Of a DNA stretch of 64,000 bases, positions 10,504 through 19,964 are shown in pieces; the stretch's first letter is position 1; the number at the start of each line of letters is the position of its first letter. Below the pieces are notes generated by a model. The model saw nothing but the letters and a program-made list of their open reading frames with translations. It searched no databases and had not been told where the DNA came from. Origin of the DNA: a virus (lineage: Duplodnaviria; Caudoviricetes); IMG/VR virus record IMGVR_UViG_3300022876_000002; one strand, given 5' to 3'. The position numbers were made by a program, and so were the translations under genes.

Positions 10504-12678
10504 ATGACTGCTTTGACTAGCATCATCCCGGGGAAGGTGATCAATAACGGGATCAATGACGTATCGATTCCGGAGTACACGCCTGCCCAATCCACTCGCC
10601 CGTTGCACCTGCCAGTCATCCATGGAGTTTTCCCGAAGGGGCAAATGGCTGACGTAAATGGTGTGGTCTGGGTGAACACCAGCCAAGTAGGCGCGGTATT
10701 CGGTCAAGAAATCTTTGATCCTACTTCGCCGTACTACAACCCGAACTCCCTGCTGCTGCAAGCACTCGCTGCTGGTGGCCAGGCTTCGGTCGGTATCCGC
10801 CGTCTGTCGGCCAACAACGTGATAGCTCGTACTGCTCTGTCGGCTTTCGTTAGCCGTAAGACCATCCCGGACTACCAGCGTGACATCAACGGCCGCTTCA
10901 AGCGCGATGCCAACGGCGACTTGATCCCCAACGGTTCGAAGACCTTCAACGGTCTGGTAATCGAGATCAAGCCCGACCCGGATGCTGCTACCAAGGGTGT
11001 TGGTGCACTGACCCGTCGTACTATTCCAGCAGTACCTGCTGCCGGTGGTAACCCAGCGGTTCCTGCTCAGGAAGTGTTCCCGCTGTTCGACGGTATCGGT
11101 GGCATCGGTGACGAGTACAACAAAGGTGGTATGAACTTTGGTGTCCGTCCTGATGGCTTCGCCTACGGTGACATCGCCAACTTCGTAAAAGAGACCGGCG
11201 TGTTCCCGTACACCCTGCGTCAGTTCACCGACACCACGGCTGGTAAGCGTGTAAACGCTAAGACCTCCAAAGGTCGTGAGAACGTCGAAGCGACCCTGTT
11301 CGAGTGCGTGTACCAAAAGACTCGTTACAGCCTGCGTCGTGCCTTCGGCGAGTTCACCGGTACCGACGTCAACCGTAAAGTGGTTCCTGCTCCTGCCCCG
11401 TACTCCGGTGTGCACGTGTACCAGGATTCCATCACCGCGCTGTGCCAAGCGATGTACGCCATCGAACAGCCGAACAACACCGGCCTGGTTGAAGTCAAGA
11501 ACCAGCCGTACCGCCAGATGAACCCGTTCACCTGTGTGGACCACAATGGTGCTCCTTACTACGCGATCGCTACCGTTGACACCGTCAGCTGGGACATGAC
11601 CGCGGCAGTCAAGATCACCGGTGGTGTTTCGCCGTTCCTGGACAACGCAGGTAAACTGCCGTCCTACATCACTCCGGCTCCGCTGGACGATCCGTTCAAC
11701 GTATTGGCGAACACCAAGTCGCCGATCAACCGTAACGATGCGTGGTCGATCAACAACCACCTGATCGCAACGGACATGGAGCAGTATGTAGACTCGATCG
11801 AACAGTCGAACTACACGCGTAACCGTCAGTCCTTCTTCTACGACGTCGGCTACAAGCAAGACGTCAAAGACCAGGCCATCCGCCTGCTGGGCAGCCGTAA
11901 GGACATCATGGTAATCCCGTGCGCTACCGTATGGGCTCCAGGTAAGGCCACCGACATGGGTCAGCTGTACGCCCGTGCTGGTCAGCTGAACTCGGCTGTG
12001 CGCATGTTCCCTGAGTCCGAGTACTGGGGCACTCCGACCACCCGGTCGTCGATCAACCTGATCGAAGCGTTTATCATCGACGAAGTCACCGCAGACCTGT
12101 TCTCCGGTAACATCGACCTGGCATTCGCCTACGCCCAGTTCGCTGGTAACGCTCAGGGGATCATTTTCCCTGCGTTCTCGCCATCGCACGCGGACAACCG
12201 TATTCTGCGCACCATGCACACCCCGAACATCGAGTTCGAAGGTGACGTACAGTCGGCAGAGAACTTCAACCGTGGCTGCATCACCCTGCGTCCGTACGAC
12301 GCCGGTGATCGTCTGTTCCGCCCGGCCCTGGTAACCGTCAACCCCAACGTTGACTCGGTCCTCAAAGACCAGGTTACTGCGTTCCTCTGCGTGTGCATCG
12401 AGAAAATCTGTCAGGACATGTGGAACGTCGTCTGCGGCGACACCAACCTGACTGCGGCAAACTACGTGGCTGTGTTCAAGGACAAAGCCGAACGTAAGTG
12501 CCGTGACTCGCTGGGTTCGCTGGCGCGTAACATCACTGTTACCCCTTCCTACTCGGAAGGCACCGTCGGTAGCCGTGCTGTAATGAACACCCGTGTTGAT
12601 GCTTACTTCAACAAGGGCAAATATCAAATGACCATGGATCTCTTCGCCCACAACGAAGAAGATCTGGCCAACGCCTAA
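10504..12678 (+). CDS. Tail sheath protein (phiKZ gp29-like)
   Basis: 724 aa, very strong codon bias, upstream of a tube-sized gene; N-terminal PLHLPVIHGVFPKG typical of this family as recalled; RBS AAGAGG. Confidence 0.8.
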   Translation: MTALTSIIPGKVINNGINDVSIPEYTPAQSTRPLHLPVIHGVFPKGQMADVNGVVWVNTSQVGAVFGQEIFDPTSPYYNPNSLLLQALAAGGQASVGIRRLSANNVIARTALSAFVSRKTIPDYQRDINGRFKRDANGDLIPNGSKTFNGLVIEIKPDPDAATKGVGALTRRTIPAVPAAGGNPAVPAQEVFPLFDGIGGIGDEYNKGGMNFGVRPDGFAYGDIANFVKETGVFPYTLRQFTDTTAGKRVNAKTSKGRENVEATLFECVYQKTRYSLRRAFGEFTGTDVNRKVVPAPAPYSGVHVYQDSITALCQAMYAIEQPNNTGLVEVKNQPYRQMNPFTCVDHNGAPYYAIATVDTVSWDMTAAVKITGGVSPFLDNAGKLPSYITPAPLDDPFNVLANTKSPINRNDAWSINNHLIATDMEQYVDSIEQSNYTRNRQSFFYDVGYKQDVKDQAIRLLGSRKDIMVIPCATVWAPGKATDMGQLYARAGQLNSAVRMFPESEYWGTPTTRSSINLIEAFIIDEVTADLFSGNIDLAFAYAQFAGNAQGIIFPAFSPSHADNRILRTMHTPNIEFEGDVQSAENFNRGCITLRPYDAGDRLFRPALVTVNPNVDSVLKDQVTAFLCVCIEKICQDMWNVVCGDTNLTAANYVAVFKDKAERKCRDSLGSLARNITVTPSYSEGTVGSRAVMNTRVDAYFNKGKYQMTMDLFAHNEEDLANA

Positions 12679-12693
12679 AGGAGGGTGTAGACC

Positions 12694-13593
12694 ATGGCAT
12701 CGGATACTAACCTGCCGCACCGGACGCCCGAGACGCTGCTTAACGTCAGCGACCCGTTTGTCCAGGCACTCGATATCGGTAACCGTCCGGTCATCAACCC
12801 AGCGCAAGGTGGGCAGTATGGCTGGGCTGGTAACATCTTCGAGTACGTTTCCACTCAACCACACGTTTCGCAACAGGCGTTCTGCATCGTGTTGTCGACT
12901 CCAGCCGGGTTCTCCCGGCTGCCAGCCGGTGACCAACTGCACTCCCTGTGCAAATCGTTCTTCGAGAACCGTACGCGGATCTTCGACGGTCTGTCCGACC
13001 AGACGCAAATTCAGTTCGCTGATATGCGCTGGACCGGTCACCGTATGGCGATCGCTGTTGGTGCTCAGCGTACCCTGGGTGCTGTGACCCACACCGGTTA
13101 CGACGTCGAAGGTGAACCATTCACCAAGATGTTCAAGGTATGGCAACAGTGGCTGGTAATGGACGCTGAAGTCCTCAACGCCAAGATGGTCATCCTGGAC
13201 GATCCGGGTGACATGCTGCTGGACGAAACCGGTTACTCGGCTATCTACTTCGAGCCGACTCGTAACTTCCGGGACATCGCCCACGCCGCGCTCCTGGTGG
13301 GTGGTCAGCCTACCCAAAACGTGCAGATCACTCTCCGTCGCAACAAGGACGAAGAGAACCAGATCCGCGATATCGCAATGGAGATGACTGGCGTCATCGA
13401 ATTCGACACCTACGCGGTGAAAGAGATCGCTCGCCAGATGCTCCAGCTGATGCCTCTGTACAACCCGGATGCTGTTACTGCTCCGGTCGGCTTCAGCCAG
13501 CGTACCGCGATCCTGGAGAACCTGCCGTCTGGCACCATCGAGCGCATGGTTGAGCAATCGACCCGCATCGATCAGCCAGCCTACCTGGGTTAA
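12694..13593 (+). CDS. Tail tube protein (phiKZ gp30-like)
   Basis: 299 aa directly after the sheath, RBS AAGGAGG, strong codon bias. Confidence 0.78.
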   Translation: MASDTNLPHRTPETLLNVSDPFVQALDIGNRPVINPAQGGQYGWAGNIFEYVSTQPHVSQQAFCIVLSTPAGFSRLPAGDQLHSLCKSFFENRTRIFDGLSDQTQIQFADMRWTGHRMAIAVGAQRTLGAVTHTGYDVEGEPFTKMFKVWQQWLVMDAEVLNAKMVILDDPGDMLLDETGYSAIYFEPTRNFRDIAHAALLVGGQPTQNVQITLRRNKDEENQIRDIAMEMTGVIEFDTYAVKEIARQMLQLMPLYNPDAVTAPVGFSQRTAILENLPSGTIERMVEQSTRIDQPAYLG

Positions 13594-13612
13594 GCGGTAA
13601 AGTTGTGGTTAT

Positions 13613-13648
13613 ACCCCTACCCTAGCCCTTACAGGCTAGGGTAGGGGT
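13613..13648. terminator. 15-bp hairpin between convergent genes
   Basis: acccctaccctagcc-cttaca-ggctagggtaggggt. Confidence 0.7.
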
Positions 13649-13658
13649 TATGACTGCG

Positions 13659-14087
13659 TTATAGGAAAGGCTTGTGTTGGCTGTTGTCATAGGTATAAAT
13701 GTTCCCATTCATACTGATTAGTGCATCATTCTTCAGATTGATGACCTCGTTAAAGATCAACAAGTCCTTAGAGTGCGATCCTTTCCTGCTCAAGCTTACC
13801 GCTGCAGAACTGATGAAGCCACACATCTCCTTTAACGTTAATGACACCGGGAACCTACACTCCCATCCCCTTACACCTTGGGACAGTTGTGGGATCTCAG
13901 CTGTGTCATCGCGTATTAAGTCGATACGTCCACCGTAAATACCTAACTTGTACTCAAACGCCAACCCTGTGGGGGTTTTTACTACTGAGTATTTGAATCC
14001 TTTCAGCTCCAGGTAACGACTCCATACGCAGAACAAAGCCAGTAACGTTACAACGCACGCAATGAAATTCAGAGCTACGTCTAACAT
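13659..14087 (-). CDS. Hypothetical protein with an N-terminal transmembrane segment
   Basis: VALNFIACVVTLLALFCVW hydrophobic stretch; visibly AT-rich codon usage. Confidence 0.65.
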   Translation of the reverse strand: MLDVALNFIACVVTLLALFCVWSRYLELKGFKYSVVKTPTGLAFEYKLGIYGGRIDLIRDDTAEIPQLSQGVRGWECRFPVSLTLKEMCGFISSAAVSLSRKGSHSKDLLIFNEVINLKNDALISMNGNIYTYDNSQHKPFL

Positions 14088-14091
14088 AAGG

Positions 14092-14838
14092 TCACCTGCT
14101 AAATATTCTGTGTTGATTTTGACTAATAACCGATTTGATAATCGTTTTATTAGACGCCTGTTGTTTGAACAATAAGATGTAATCTTGGAAATAGGCTCTA
14201 GAGGCGTTGGTTAGCTGAGTCCAGATAGAACCATTGTGTCCGTACAGTTCGTTGAACCCTGCTGCTAACGACTCGTGCCAAGAGTCTATTTGACAAATCC
14301 CATCGTCGTCATTGTCCCCACACTTGTTTTCCCTGACGTACGAGATCACCGCAGCATCGATGTCATTGAACCGCACATTGGTGAGGATACTGACTTCCGA
14401 TACCATGATTACAAAAGCACCGTCTACGCTGCGTCTGAACCGTTGTCGGTTATAACGCAGGCAGTTACAGATACTTTTGATCTCGTTGTCGTCAAAGTAC
14501 GTGCTAGCTACTTTGTTAATGAAAGCAATAGCAAATGCCACAGCTCCTTCCTGGGGATCGGTTCCTACGAAGCCACGACCGGTTTCCATGAGCATAACAC
14601 TGGCCAACAGAATGCCCTGACTATCGACATTCAATTGTTGTGCCTCTGCAACCTCCTTAGCCGTCACTAGAGCATGTTGTAGCCATGCAGTGTCATAACC
14701 CCTAGGGTTACCTTTAATGTGCTTGTAAACGCCGATAACGAAGTCCAGTGGCAATACGTCAGCTACCGAATCCAAGATACTCCTAAAAGTAGCTAAGTCC
14801 TTGCGGTCTTGGATGGTAAACCGTGTCGTCATAAACAA
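14092..14838 (-). CDS. HD-domain-like protein with degenerate metal ligands
   Basis: GYDTAWLQHALVTAKEVAE...ILLASVMLMETGR aligns by eye with HD-family aHdwxHxxRV...llAALLHDIG; HD replaced by ME. Confidence 0.5.
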   Translation of the reverse strand: MFMTTRFTIQDRKDLATFRSILDSVADVLPLDFVIGVYKHIKGNPRGYDTAWLQHALVTAKEVAEAQQLNVDSQGILLASVMLMETGRGFVGTDPQEGAVAFAIAFINKVASTYFDDNEIKSICNCLRYNRQRFRRSVDGAFVIMVSEVSILTNVRFNDIDAAVISYVRENKCGDNDDDGICQIDSWHESLAAGFNELYGHNGSIWTQLTNASRAYFQDYILLFKQQASNKTIIKSVISQNQHRIFSR

Positions 14839-14889
14839 TACCTCTTAAATTAGTGTAACTCCCCAAAAAATTGAAAAGATGGGGTTGGG

Positions 14890-14917
14890 TACCACTACCC
14901 CCGAAGGAGTAGTGGTA
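14890..14917 (-). terminator. Hairpin downstream of the coiled-coil gene
   Basis: taccactac...gtagtggta stem. Confidence 0.45.
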
Positions 14918-14922
14918 TTTGG

Positions 14923-16260
14923 TTAGAGATAGAAGTTGTTTTCTACTACTTCAGCAGGGTGTTTGCCTACGAAGCTGGTAGCCAGGTCCGAGAGCATCAG
15001 GCAAGAGAAATTCAGACTACGCATGATTGCAGCACCATCCCAATCGATTACTACAACCGGCGCGCTTTCGGTTTTAACCAACCAGCGAACACGTTCGGAC
15101 AGTACCGTGCGGAAAGCATTGCGCTTGTACAGGTCCTCCACTTCATTTGGAATACCAGCGTTGTTGTAAGCCCAGGATACCCATTCCTCGCTTATGGTGA
15201 ACAGACCACGATCGACCCAGGTTTGATCCTTGGCAAAGATGGAAGGTTCTTCACTCGGTGCCTTGACATCACCCGGTGTAGGAGTCGTTTGATCACCACA
15301 ATGATCGCCCACTACGGCCAAATCTTCCATGCCGTTATATTGTGACAGAACGTCTTTATAACCAGCCCCAGATTTAGGTTTTGGGAACAGTTCCACAGTA
15401 CCTACACTGAAGATTGGCGAAACAAGGCTCTCGGCGAAGAACGTATCCCAGGCCACCATGGTGGTGATTTCTTTACGCTCCTCGGTTTGGAAGTTCCTGG
15501 TGTACAGAGCACATACCGATGCCAGCAGAACGCGTTCGTACTTACGACGATGTTCTATCGTGTCCAGACGCAGCTCCAGATCGACCACGACTTTGGTGTG
15601 CCAGTCTGGGTTAACCTGGTAGAACCCATCGTCACCGGCGATCGTAACTTGCGGCAGGAACTTTTCAGCCACACGGTAAAGCTCGTCAGGCTTCATGATG
15701 TGAGCTTTGAACAACCGCTCCAGACATTCGCAGTAGTTGATCTGGAGGGAGTCGAGTCGGGACTGGGTTTCTTTGTGCTTTGCAATCTCGTGGTCGAGTT
15801 CCTCGGCCAGCTCCATCCCGGTGTTCTGAGCTTTCTTAACGTGCTCTTCAGCCAACAAGAGTTTGCTTTGAAGGTCAGACACTGTATTTGCATTATCACG
15901 CATCGCGCGGTGTTGTGCATTACAGTTCTCGGTTACTTCATCGCGGAGGGCGTTGTACTGACCCTCACGTTCTTCGATCAACCGTCGCAACTCAGCGATC
16001 TCGCGTGGGTGATCTTCTTTCAGCTTGAGGATGATACCGTCCAGGACCTTATGGTCGTCAAAGATATCGTCCAACAGCTTGCAGGCATCAGCGAGCAACT
16101 TGTTGGCACGACCAACTGCTCGCGCTCCCACAGGTTTGGCAGACTCTTTGGAAGTACGCATAGCGTTAACTGCTTCTTGCAGCGAACGCTTCACACGGAA
16201 AATACGATCTTCCACCGGAATCACTTTAGCGTTAGCCGGCTTCACATTGGTATCGGTCAT
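14923..16260 (-). CDS. Hypothetical coiled-coil protein (445 aa)
   Basis: Heptad-like E/K/L-rich N-terminal half; RBS GGAG upstream. Confidence 0.75.
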   Translation of the reverse strand: MTDTNVKPANAKVIPVEDRIFRVKRSLQEAVNAMRTSKESAKPVGARAVGRANKLLADACKLLDDIFDDHKVLDGIILKLKEDHPREIAELRRLIEEREGQYNALRDEVTENCNAQHRAMRDNANTVSDLQSKLLLAEEHVKKAQNTGMELAEELDHEIAKHKETQSRLDSLQINYCECLERLFKAHIMKPDELYRVAEKFLPQVTIAGDDGFYQVNPDWHTKVVVDLELRLDTIEHRRKYERVLLASVCALYTRNFQTEERKEITTMVAWDTFFAESLVSPIFSVGTVELFPKPKSGAGYKDVLSQYNGMEDLAVVGDHCGDQTTPTPGDVKAPSEEPSIFAKDQTWVDRGLFTISEEWVSWAYNNAGIPNEVEDLYKRNAFRTVLSERVRWLVKTESAPVVVIDWDGAAIMRSLNFSCLMLSDLATSFVGKHPAEVVENNFYL

Positions 16261-16305
16261 TACAAAACTCCAGATTAATAAAAGGTATTACAGCGGTGGT
16301 GTAAA

Positions 16306-16746
16306 TCAGTTGTCGTCGACCCAGGCCATGTTGGCGGTCAGCTGATCACTGAAATTGAATTGCTTGATGTCACGGCAAGCGTCTTCCAGGATAACCTGGT
16401 TGTCCCGGTCAACACTCAGAGTAACCAGGGTGTGGTCGCCGTAATCGGTGACAGTGAACTTGCCCTGCTCGTCACCCTGGATGAAATACATGATGGTGTC
16501 TTTGACTTTCTGCGGAGAGTTGTACTCCGAGTTCCAGAACATGTCATTGGTCTTTTTGACCACCGAGTATTTCGGGGTGTCCAGATCCGTGCCGTAATTA
16601 ACGACCAGACCGTCGTCAGACTTGTTGAAGATTACCTCGAGCTGTTTACCCTGCTGGGTGTCGCAGCTCACAATGACTTCAGGAGAGGCAACCGCGTTAA
16701 CAGCTACCAGACCGAACAGTACACCAGCGATGATAGATTTACGCAT
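16306..16746 (-). CDS. Secreted/periplasmic protein with a Sec signal peptide
   Basis: MRK + hydrophobic core + AVA|S cleavage site; only two Cys (28 and 124); RBS AGGAG; early promoter just upstream. Confidence 0.75.
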   Translation of the reverse strand: MRKSIIAGVLFGLVAVNAVASPEVIVSCDTQQGKQLEVIFNKSDDGLVVNYGTDLDTPKYSVVKKTNDMFWNSEYNSPQKVKDTIMYFIQGDEQGKFTVTDYGDHTLVTLSVDRDNQVILEDACRDIKQFNFSDQLTANMAWVDDN

Positions 16747-16791
16747 GATAAAACTCCTAGAACAATTGATTGATTGACCTTCATCATGGTA

Positions 16792-16799
16792 GTAATATA
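16792..16799 (-). promoter_or_regulatory. phiKZ-type early promoter motif TATATTAC
   Basis: gtaatata on + = TATATTAC on -, intergenic, 46 nt upstream of the 16746 start. Confidence 0.7.
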
Positions 16800-16827
16800 G
16801 ATGTAACTGCTGCTAGGAATTAACTGC

Positions 16828-16867
16828 TACTATACCAGGTAGGGCTTGCGCCCTACCTGGTATAGTA
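16828..16867 (-). terminator. 18-bp perfect hairpin ending the tmk-containing unit
   Basis: tactataccaggtagggc-ttgc-gccctacctggtatagta. Confidence 0.7.
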
Positions 16868-16873
16868 AACAGA

Positions 16874-17131
16874 TTACAACTTCCAGCCAGCTGGTTCTGG
16901 TTCGTCCGGGAGATCTGGAGCAGGAGGCACTGGATTACGGATATCCTCCTCAATCAGCTCCAGTAGATCGGACAGATTGGAGCGGACGTAACCTTCGCCC
17001 CAGTTAGTAGACCACTCAGCCCGTCCGGCAATGTAACAGATGTCGAAATCGACTTTCCGTTCATTGGCAGCTTTAACAGCGGCAGCCACTCGCTCTTCTA
17101 ACGATTTAGGCTGGTTAGTTGTAACACCCAT
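16874..17131 (-). CDS. Small hypothetical protein, paralogous to 58045..58239
   Basis: Ungapped 14/38 identity to the 58045..58239 product. Confidence 0.7.
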   Translation of the reverse strand: MGVTTNQPKSLEERVAAAVKAANERKVDFDICYIAGRAEWSTNWGEGYVRSNLSDLLELIEEDIRNPVPPAPDLPDEPEPAGWKL

Positions 17132-17139
17132 TTAGCACC

Positions 17140-17889
17140 TCATTTATCGAAAATCCCGTTATTAGGTACTTTCCCAGGAACAATCTTGGACAACACACTA
17201 TCCCCACGCAAGCTTGGTGGAATCTTGATGCTCGGAGCATGTGCTTTCTGCTTATTACGATCCCCTTTGATTTTCATCAACAGAGACTCTACCTGCCAGA
17301 ATACGTTGTCAGCACTTTGCTCGGCATCTACCAGATGATAAATACCCGGATCTTGTTTTGCTACGGATTCAAAGTAGTTCTGGATACGGTTATTCCGCTC
17401 CATGGTCCAGTTATCAAACTGGTCACTACCTTTTTCGGTAACAGAGATCCGCGCAGCAAAGGTCTCGGGATCACCGCCCATGATGATGGTCATGTCAGGG
17501 ACCAGACCAATTGCATCATGGTGTAGTTTGTCTAGCGTGTATAACGGCAGTCCACGACCAATACCTTGGAAAGCAAAGGTACTGAGCATATAACGGTCAC
17601 ACAGTACTACGTCGCCACGTTCCAGTGCTGGTTTGATAACGGTCTCTACATGCTGAGCACGAGCTGCTTTAAATAGCAGGGCCTCCGCCATAGGGGTTAA
17701 CGGCTCTGCATCAGGGATGCCCTCACGACACAGCTTACGCAAGAAGTTAGCCGCCGGAGTACCACCTGGCTCAAAGGTACGGACACAAGGAATACGCTCC
17801 TCAGTGAACCATGCCTGGATGCGATCGCATAAGGTGGTTTTACCGCTCCCACCCAAACCTTCCGTTACCAATAAAAATCCTTTAGACAT
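17140..17889 (-). CDS. tmk: Thymidylate (dTMP) kinase
   Basis: P-loop EGLGGSGKTT, RTFEPGG, EALLFKAARAQH, LCDRY. Confidence 0.92.
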   Translation of the reverse strand: MSKGFLLVTEGLGGSGKTTLCDRIQAWFTEERIPCVRTFEPGGTPAANFLRKLCREGIPDAEPLTPMAEALLFKAARAQHVETVIKPALERGDVVLCDRYMLSTFAFQGIGRGLPLYTLDKLHHDAIGLVPDMTIIMGGDPETFAARISVTEKGSDQFDNWTMERNNRIQNYFESVAKQDPGIYHLVDAEQSADNVFWQVESLLMKIKGDRNKQKAHAPSIKIPPSLRGDSVLSKIVPGKVPNNGIFDK

Positions 17890-17942
17890 CGTAAACCCAC
17901 CTTACACCTGTTTATGGTGTAAGATGGGTTGGTCAGTTTTAA

Positions 17943-18863
17943 TTACGATTGCTTATAGACCACCCCACGGAGGTAACGTTCCAGTTCGTCGTGGTCATCA
18001 GTAACCAGAGCAGCAGACCACGGTTCCAGAGGGATGTTGATCAAGTGACCTACTCGCTTTTGCAGTGGCTCCAGAGCAAAACCATATTCAATACTGGTGA
18101 GCTTAGGATCTTCTTCTAATACTTCAGCGCGAGCGCGTTGGAGGTAACCGAGATTCTGCAAGTCACTCAGAGAAACCCAACCCATCATGGAGTACTTGTC
18201 ATCAAGGAATTCCATGACCGTTGTCACGGGTACAGGTACCGCGTAAATAGCAGCTACATGCGGCGCGCCGTTGTAACCTGGCTTGCGTTTACCATCCCGC
18301 AGGAAATGCATCGGCGGAGTAAAGTTCTTATGGAATGCCTCGTTGTCGTAATCAATGGCCATGAGTGTAGTTTCGACCTTGGCTTGGTACTGACGCTTAG
18401 CTGCATGCATCAGGGTTTCAGTACCCCAGATCTGACCAGACTGTTTACGATAGTACTCATCCACTTGAACAGGGTAACCACAGACGTCGTTTTGCAGTAC
18501 ATCACCGCTGATACCGATGGACAGTACCTCGTAAGTTTTGCCTTCGTTATCAGTCTTGGTTTGTTTGTATACTGCTACTGAAGGCATGTAATCACGCTCG
18601 TCTGCATCCAGTTGGTAACGCCCTTGCCTGTCCAAAGGAGGCATTTGTTTAACGGTAATACCGTAAGTTACCAGCGGTGCGATAGTGGTGAACTTATCCA
18701 GGTAGCCACGTGCAACACCGCACATACCGACGTCAAGCAGTTGATGATGGAGACCACCACCATAGCGCATACCAAAGGTAGGAGCACCGAACATATCAAC
18801 GACACACTCTTCGAACAGGCCGAATACCAGCTCGCTATCTCTATCATTGAAAACAGGTTTCAT
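17943..18863 (-). CDS. Nudix-fold-like protein, Nudix box degenerate
   Basis: LSIGISGDV resembles the SIGxGGHI Nudix subfamily motif; LMHAAKRQYQAK sits where AAxRELxEE is expected; adjacent to tmk. Confidence 0.45.
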   Translation of the reverse strand: MKPVFNDRDSELVFGLFEECVVDMFGAPTFGMRYGGGLHHQLLDVGMCGVARGYLDKFTTIAPLVTYGITVKQMPPLDRQGRYQLDADERDYMPSVAVYKQTKTDNEGKTYEVLSIGISGDVLQNDVCGYPVQVDEYYRKQSGQIWGTETLMHAAKRQYQAKVETTLMAIDYDNEAFHKNFTPPMHFLRDGKRKPGYNGAPHVAAIYAVPVPVTTVMEFLDDKYSMMGWVSLSDLQNLGYLQRARAEVLEEDPKLTSIEYGFALEPLQKRVGHLINIPLEPWSAALVTDDHDELERYLRGVVYKQS

Positions 18864-18865
18864 AA

Positions 18866-19066
18866 CTAATGCTCCAAAAGTTTATAAATAGAAGTTACAA
18901 AGAAGAAGGAATTAATAGCAAAATGCATATAAGCAGTAATGGCGAACTGACAAAGCCAATCATGATAATGGAGTTTAGTATAACTCCAAGTTAGCATACG
19001 GTGTCTGTACAAGCAGTTTAACGTAAGCATAACTGTTGCTACAGTAAGAACTATTTCCCAGAACAT
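18866..19066 (-). CDS. Small membrane protein (66 aa; start MFWEIV preferred)
   Basis: Two hydrophobic segments; ATG at 19066 preceded by AAGGTG. Confidence 0.55.
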   Translation of the reverse strand: MFWEIVLTVATVMLTLNCLYRHRMLTWSYTKLHYHDWLCQFAITAYMHFAINSFFFVTSIYKLLEH

Positions 19067-19443
19067 TCTGACACCTTGTCGCTGACAATCAACGACCACG
19101 GAGACATAGGGCGTAAGCTGTAGAACCCAGCTACATTTACTGTCTTATCCAAGTGGTATTTGGTGGTATGCGAGTAGATCATCAGATCCACTTGCTTGGT
19201 TTCATCTTCGAGCAGCTCTTGCACACCATTATGCTCAAAGTAAATACGCATTATAGTGACGAACGTCTCTACGTCATCACCAGGGATATAGAAGTTGTTA
19301 TCAGCACGCGCTACGTCTACTACACCACGCAAGTGGTACCAGAAGGTGCTAGTGGTATAGCCCTTAACGATTTCACGGAAAGCTTCAGACAGTGGAACTT
19401 TGATCCCACCAGGAACTTTCTCAAACTTAATGTTGTTAGCCAT
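19051..19443 (-). CDS. Hypothetical protein (130 aa)
   Basis: ORF in the co-oriented run, RBS-like AGGG upstream. Confidence 0.65.
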   Translation of the reverse strand: MANNIKFEKVPGGIKVPLSEAFREIVKGYTTSTFWYHLRGVVDVARADNNFYIPGDDVETFVTIMRIYFEHNGVQELLEDETKQVDLMIYSHTTKYHLDKTVNVAGFYSLRPMSPWSLIVSDKVSECSGK

Positions 19444-19477
19444 TGCCGTACCCTAAAAATGAAAATGCGGAATAGAC

Positions 19478-19507
19478 CCTGCTCCTAGGTGTTACCCCAG
19501 GAGCAGG
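19478..19507 (-). terminator. Hairpin after 19521..19964
   Basis: cctgctcct...aggagcagg stem followed on - by a T-rich tract. Confidence 0.5.
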
Positions 19508-19520
19508 ACTCAACTACTGC

Positions 19521-19964
19521 TTAGCTGAACAGCTTGGTTGCCATGTCAACGTTGACCTGGTCTTGCTCAGCCATCCAGGCGGCGTGGTCGCCGGAGTGCT
19601 GATAGGTGGTCTGGGTGGTGCTGTGACCGTAGATGTAGACGTCGTCGGCAATCTGGTTGCGCAGGTGGTGCTGGGAGTTGATGATCACACCGCCCAGTTC
19701 CAGAGTACCGTCGACAGTGGAGATCTTGTTGTTTTCTTCGTACTGCTTACGAGCGATCTGAGCTACCGCTTCGCGGACCTGGCCGGAAGTGTCATTGAGG
19801 AAGTTAACGTGAGTCTGCAGCGACTCGACGGTAACGTTCTCCGGGAACTCGACCTTGGATGCATCAAACGTTACGTGGTTGGAGCCTTTGTTGTAATCAT
19901 GGTGCTCCACCAGCGAGGCCACACCGTTACCCATCAGTTTGGCGTATTCGTTATTCAGCGACAT
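19521..19964 (-). CDS. Hypothetical protein (147 aa), probably highly expressed
   Basis: Strong C-ending codon bias; own promoter-like motif upstream. Confidence 0.75.
   Translation of the reverse strand: MSLNNEYAKLMGNGVASLVEHHDYNKGSNHVTFDASKVEFPENVTVESLQTHVNFLNDTSGQVREAVAQIARKQYEENNKISTVDGTLELGGVIINSQHHLRNQIADDVYIYGHSTTQTTYQHSGDHAAWMAEQDQVNVDMATKLFS

Noticed and set aside
10471-13557. 1028-aa antisense ORF over the sheath and tube genes
   Set aside because: Shadow of strong C-ending codon bias on the + genes; V/G/R/D/H-rich composition, no motifs, spans two real genes.
14923-16260. AKVIPV near the N-terminus of the coiled-coil protein as a ninth array-motif member
   Set aside because: Motif is at residues 11-16 rather than 2-7, in a large protein outside the array; could be chance.
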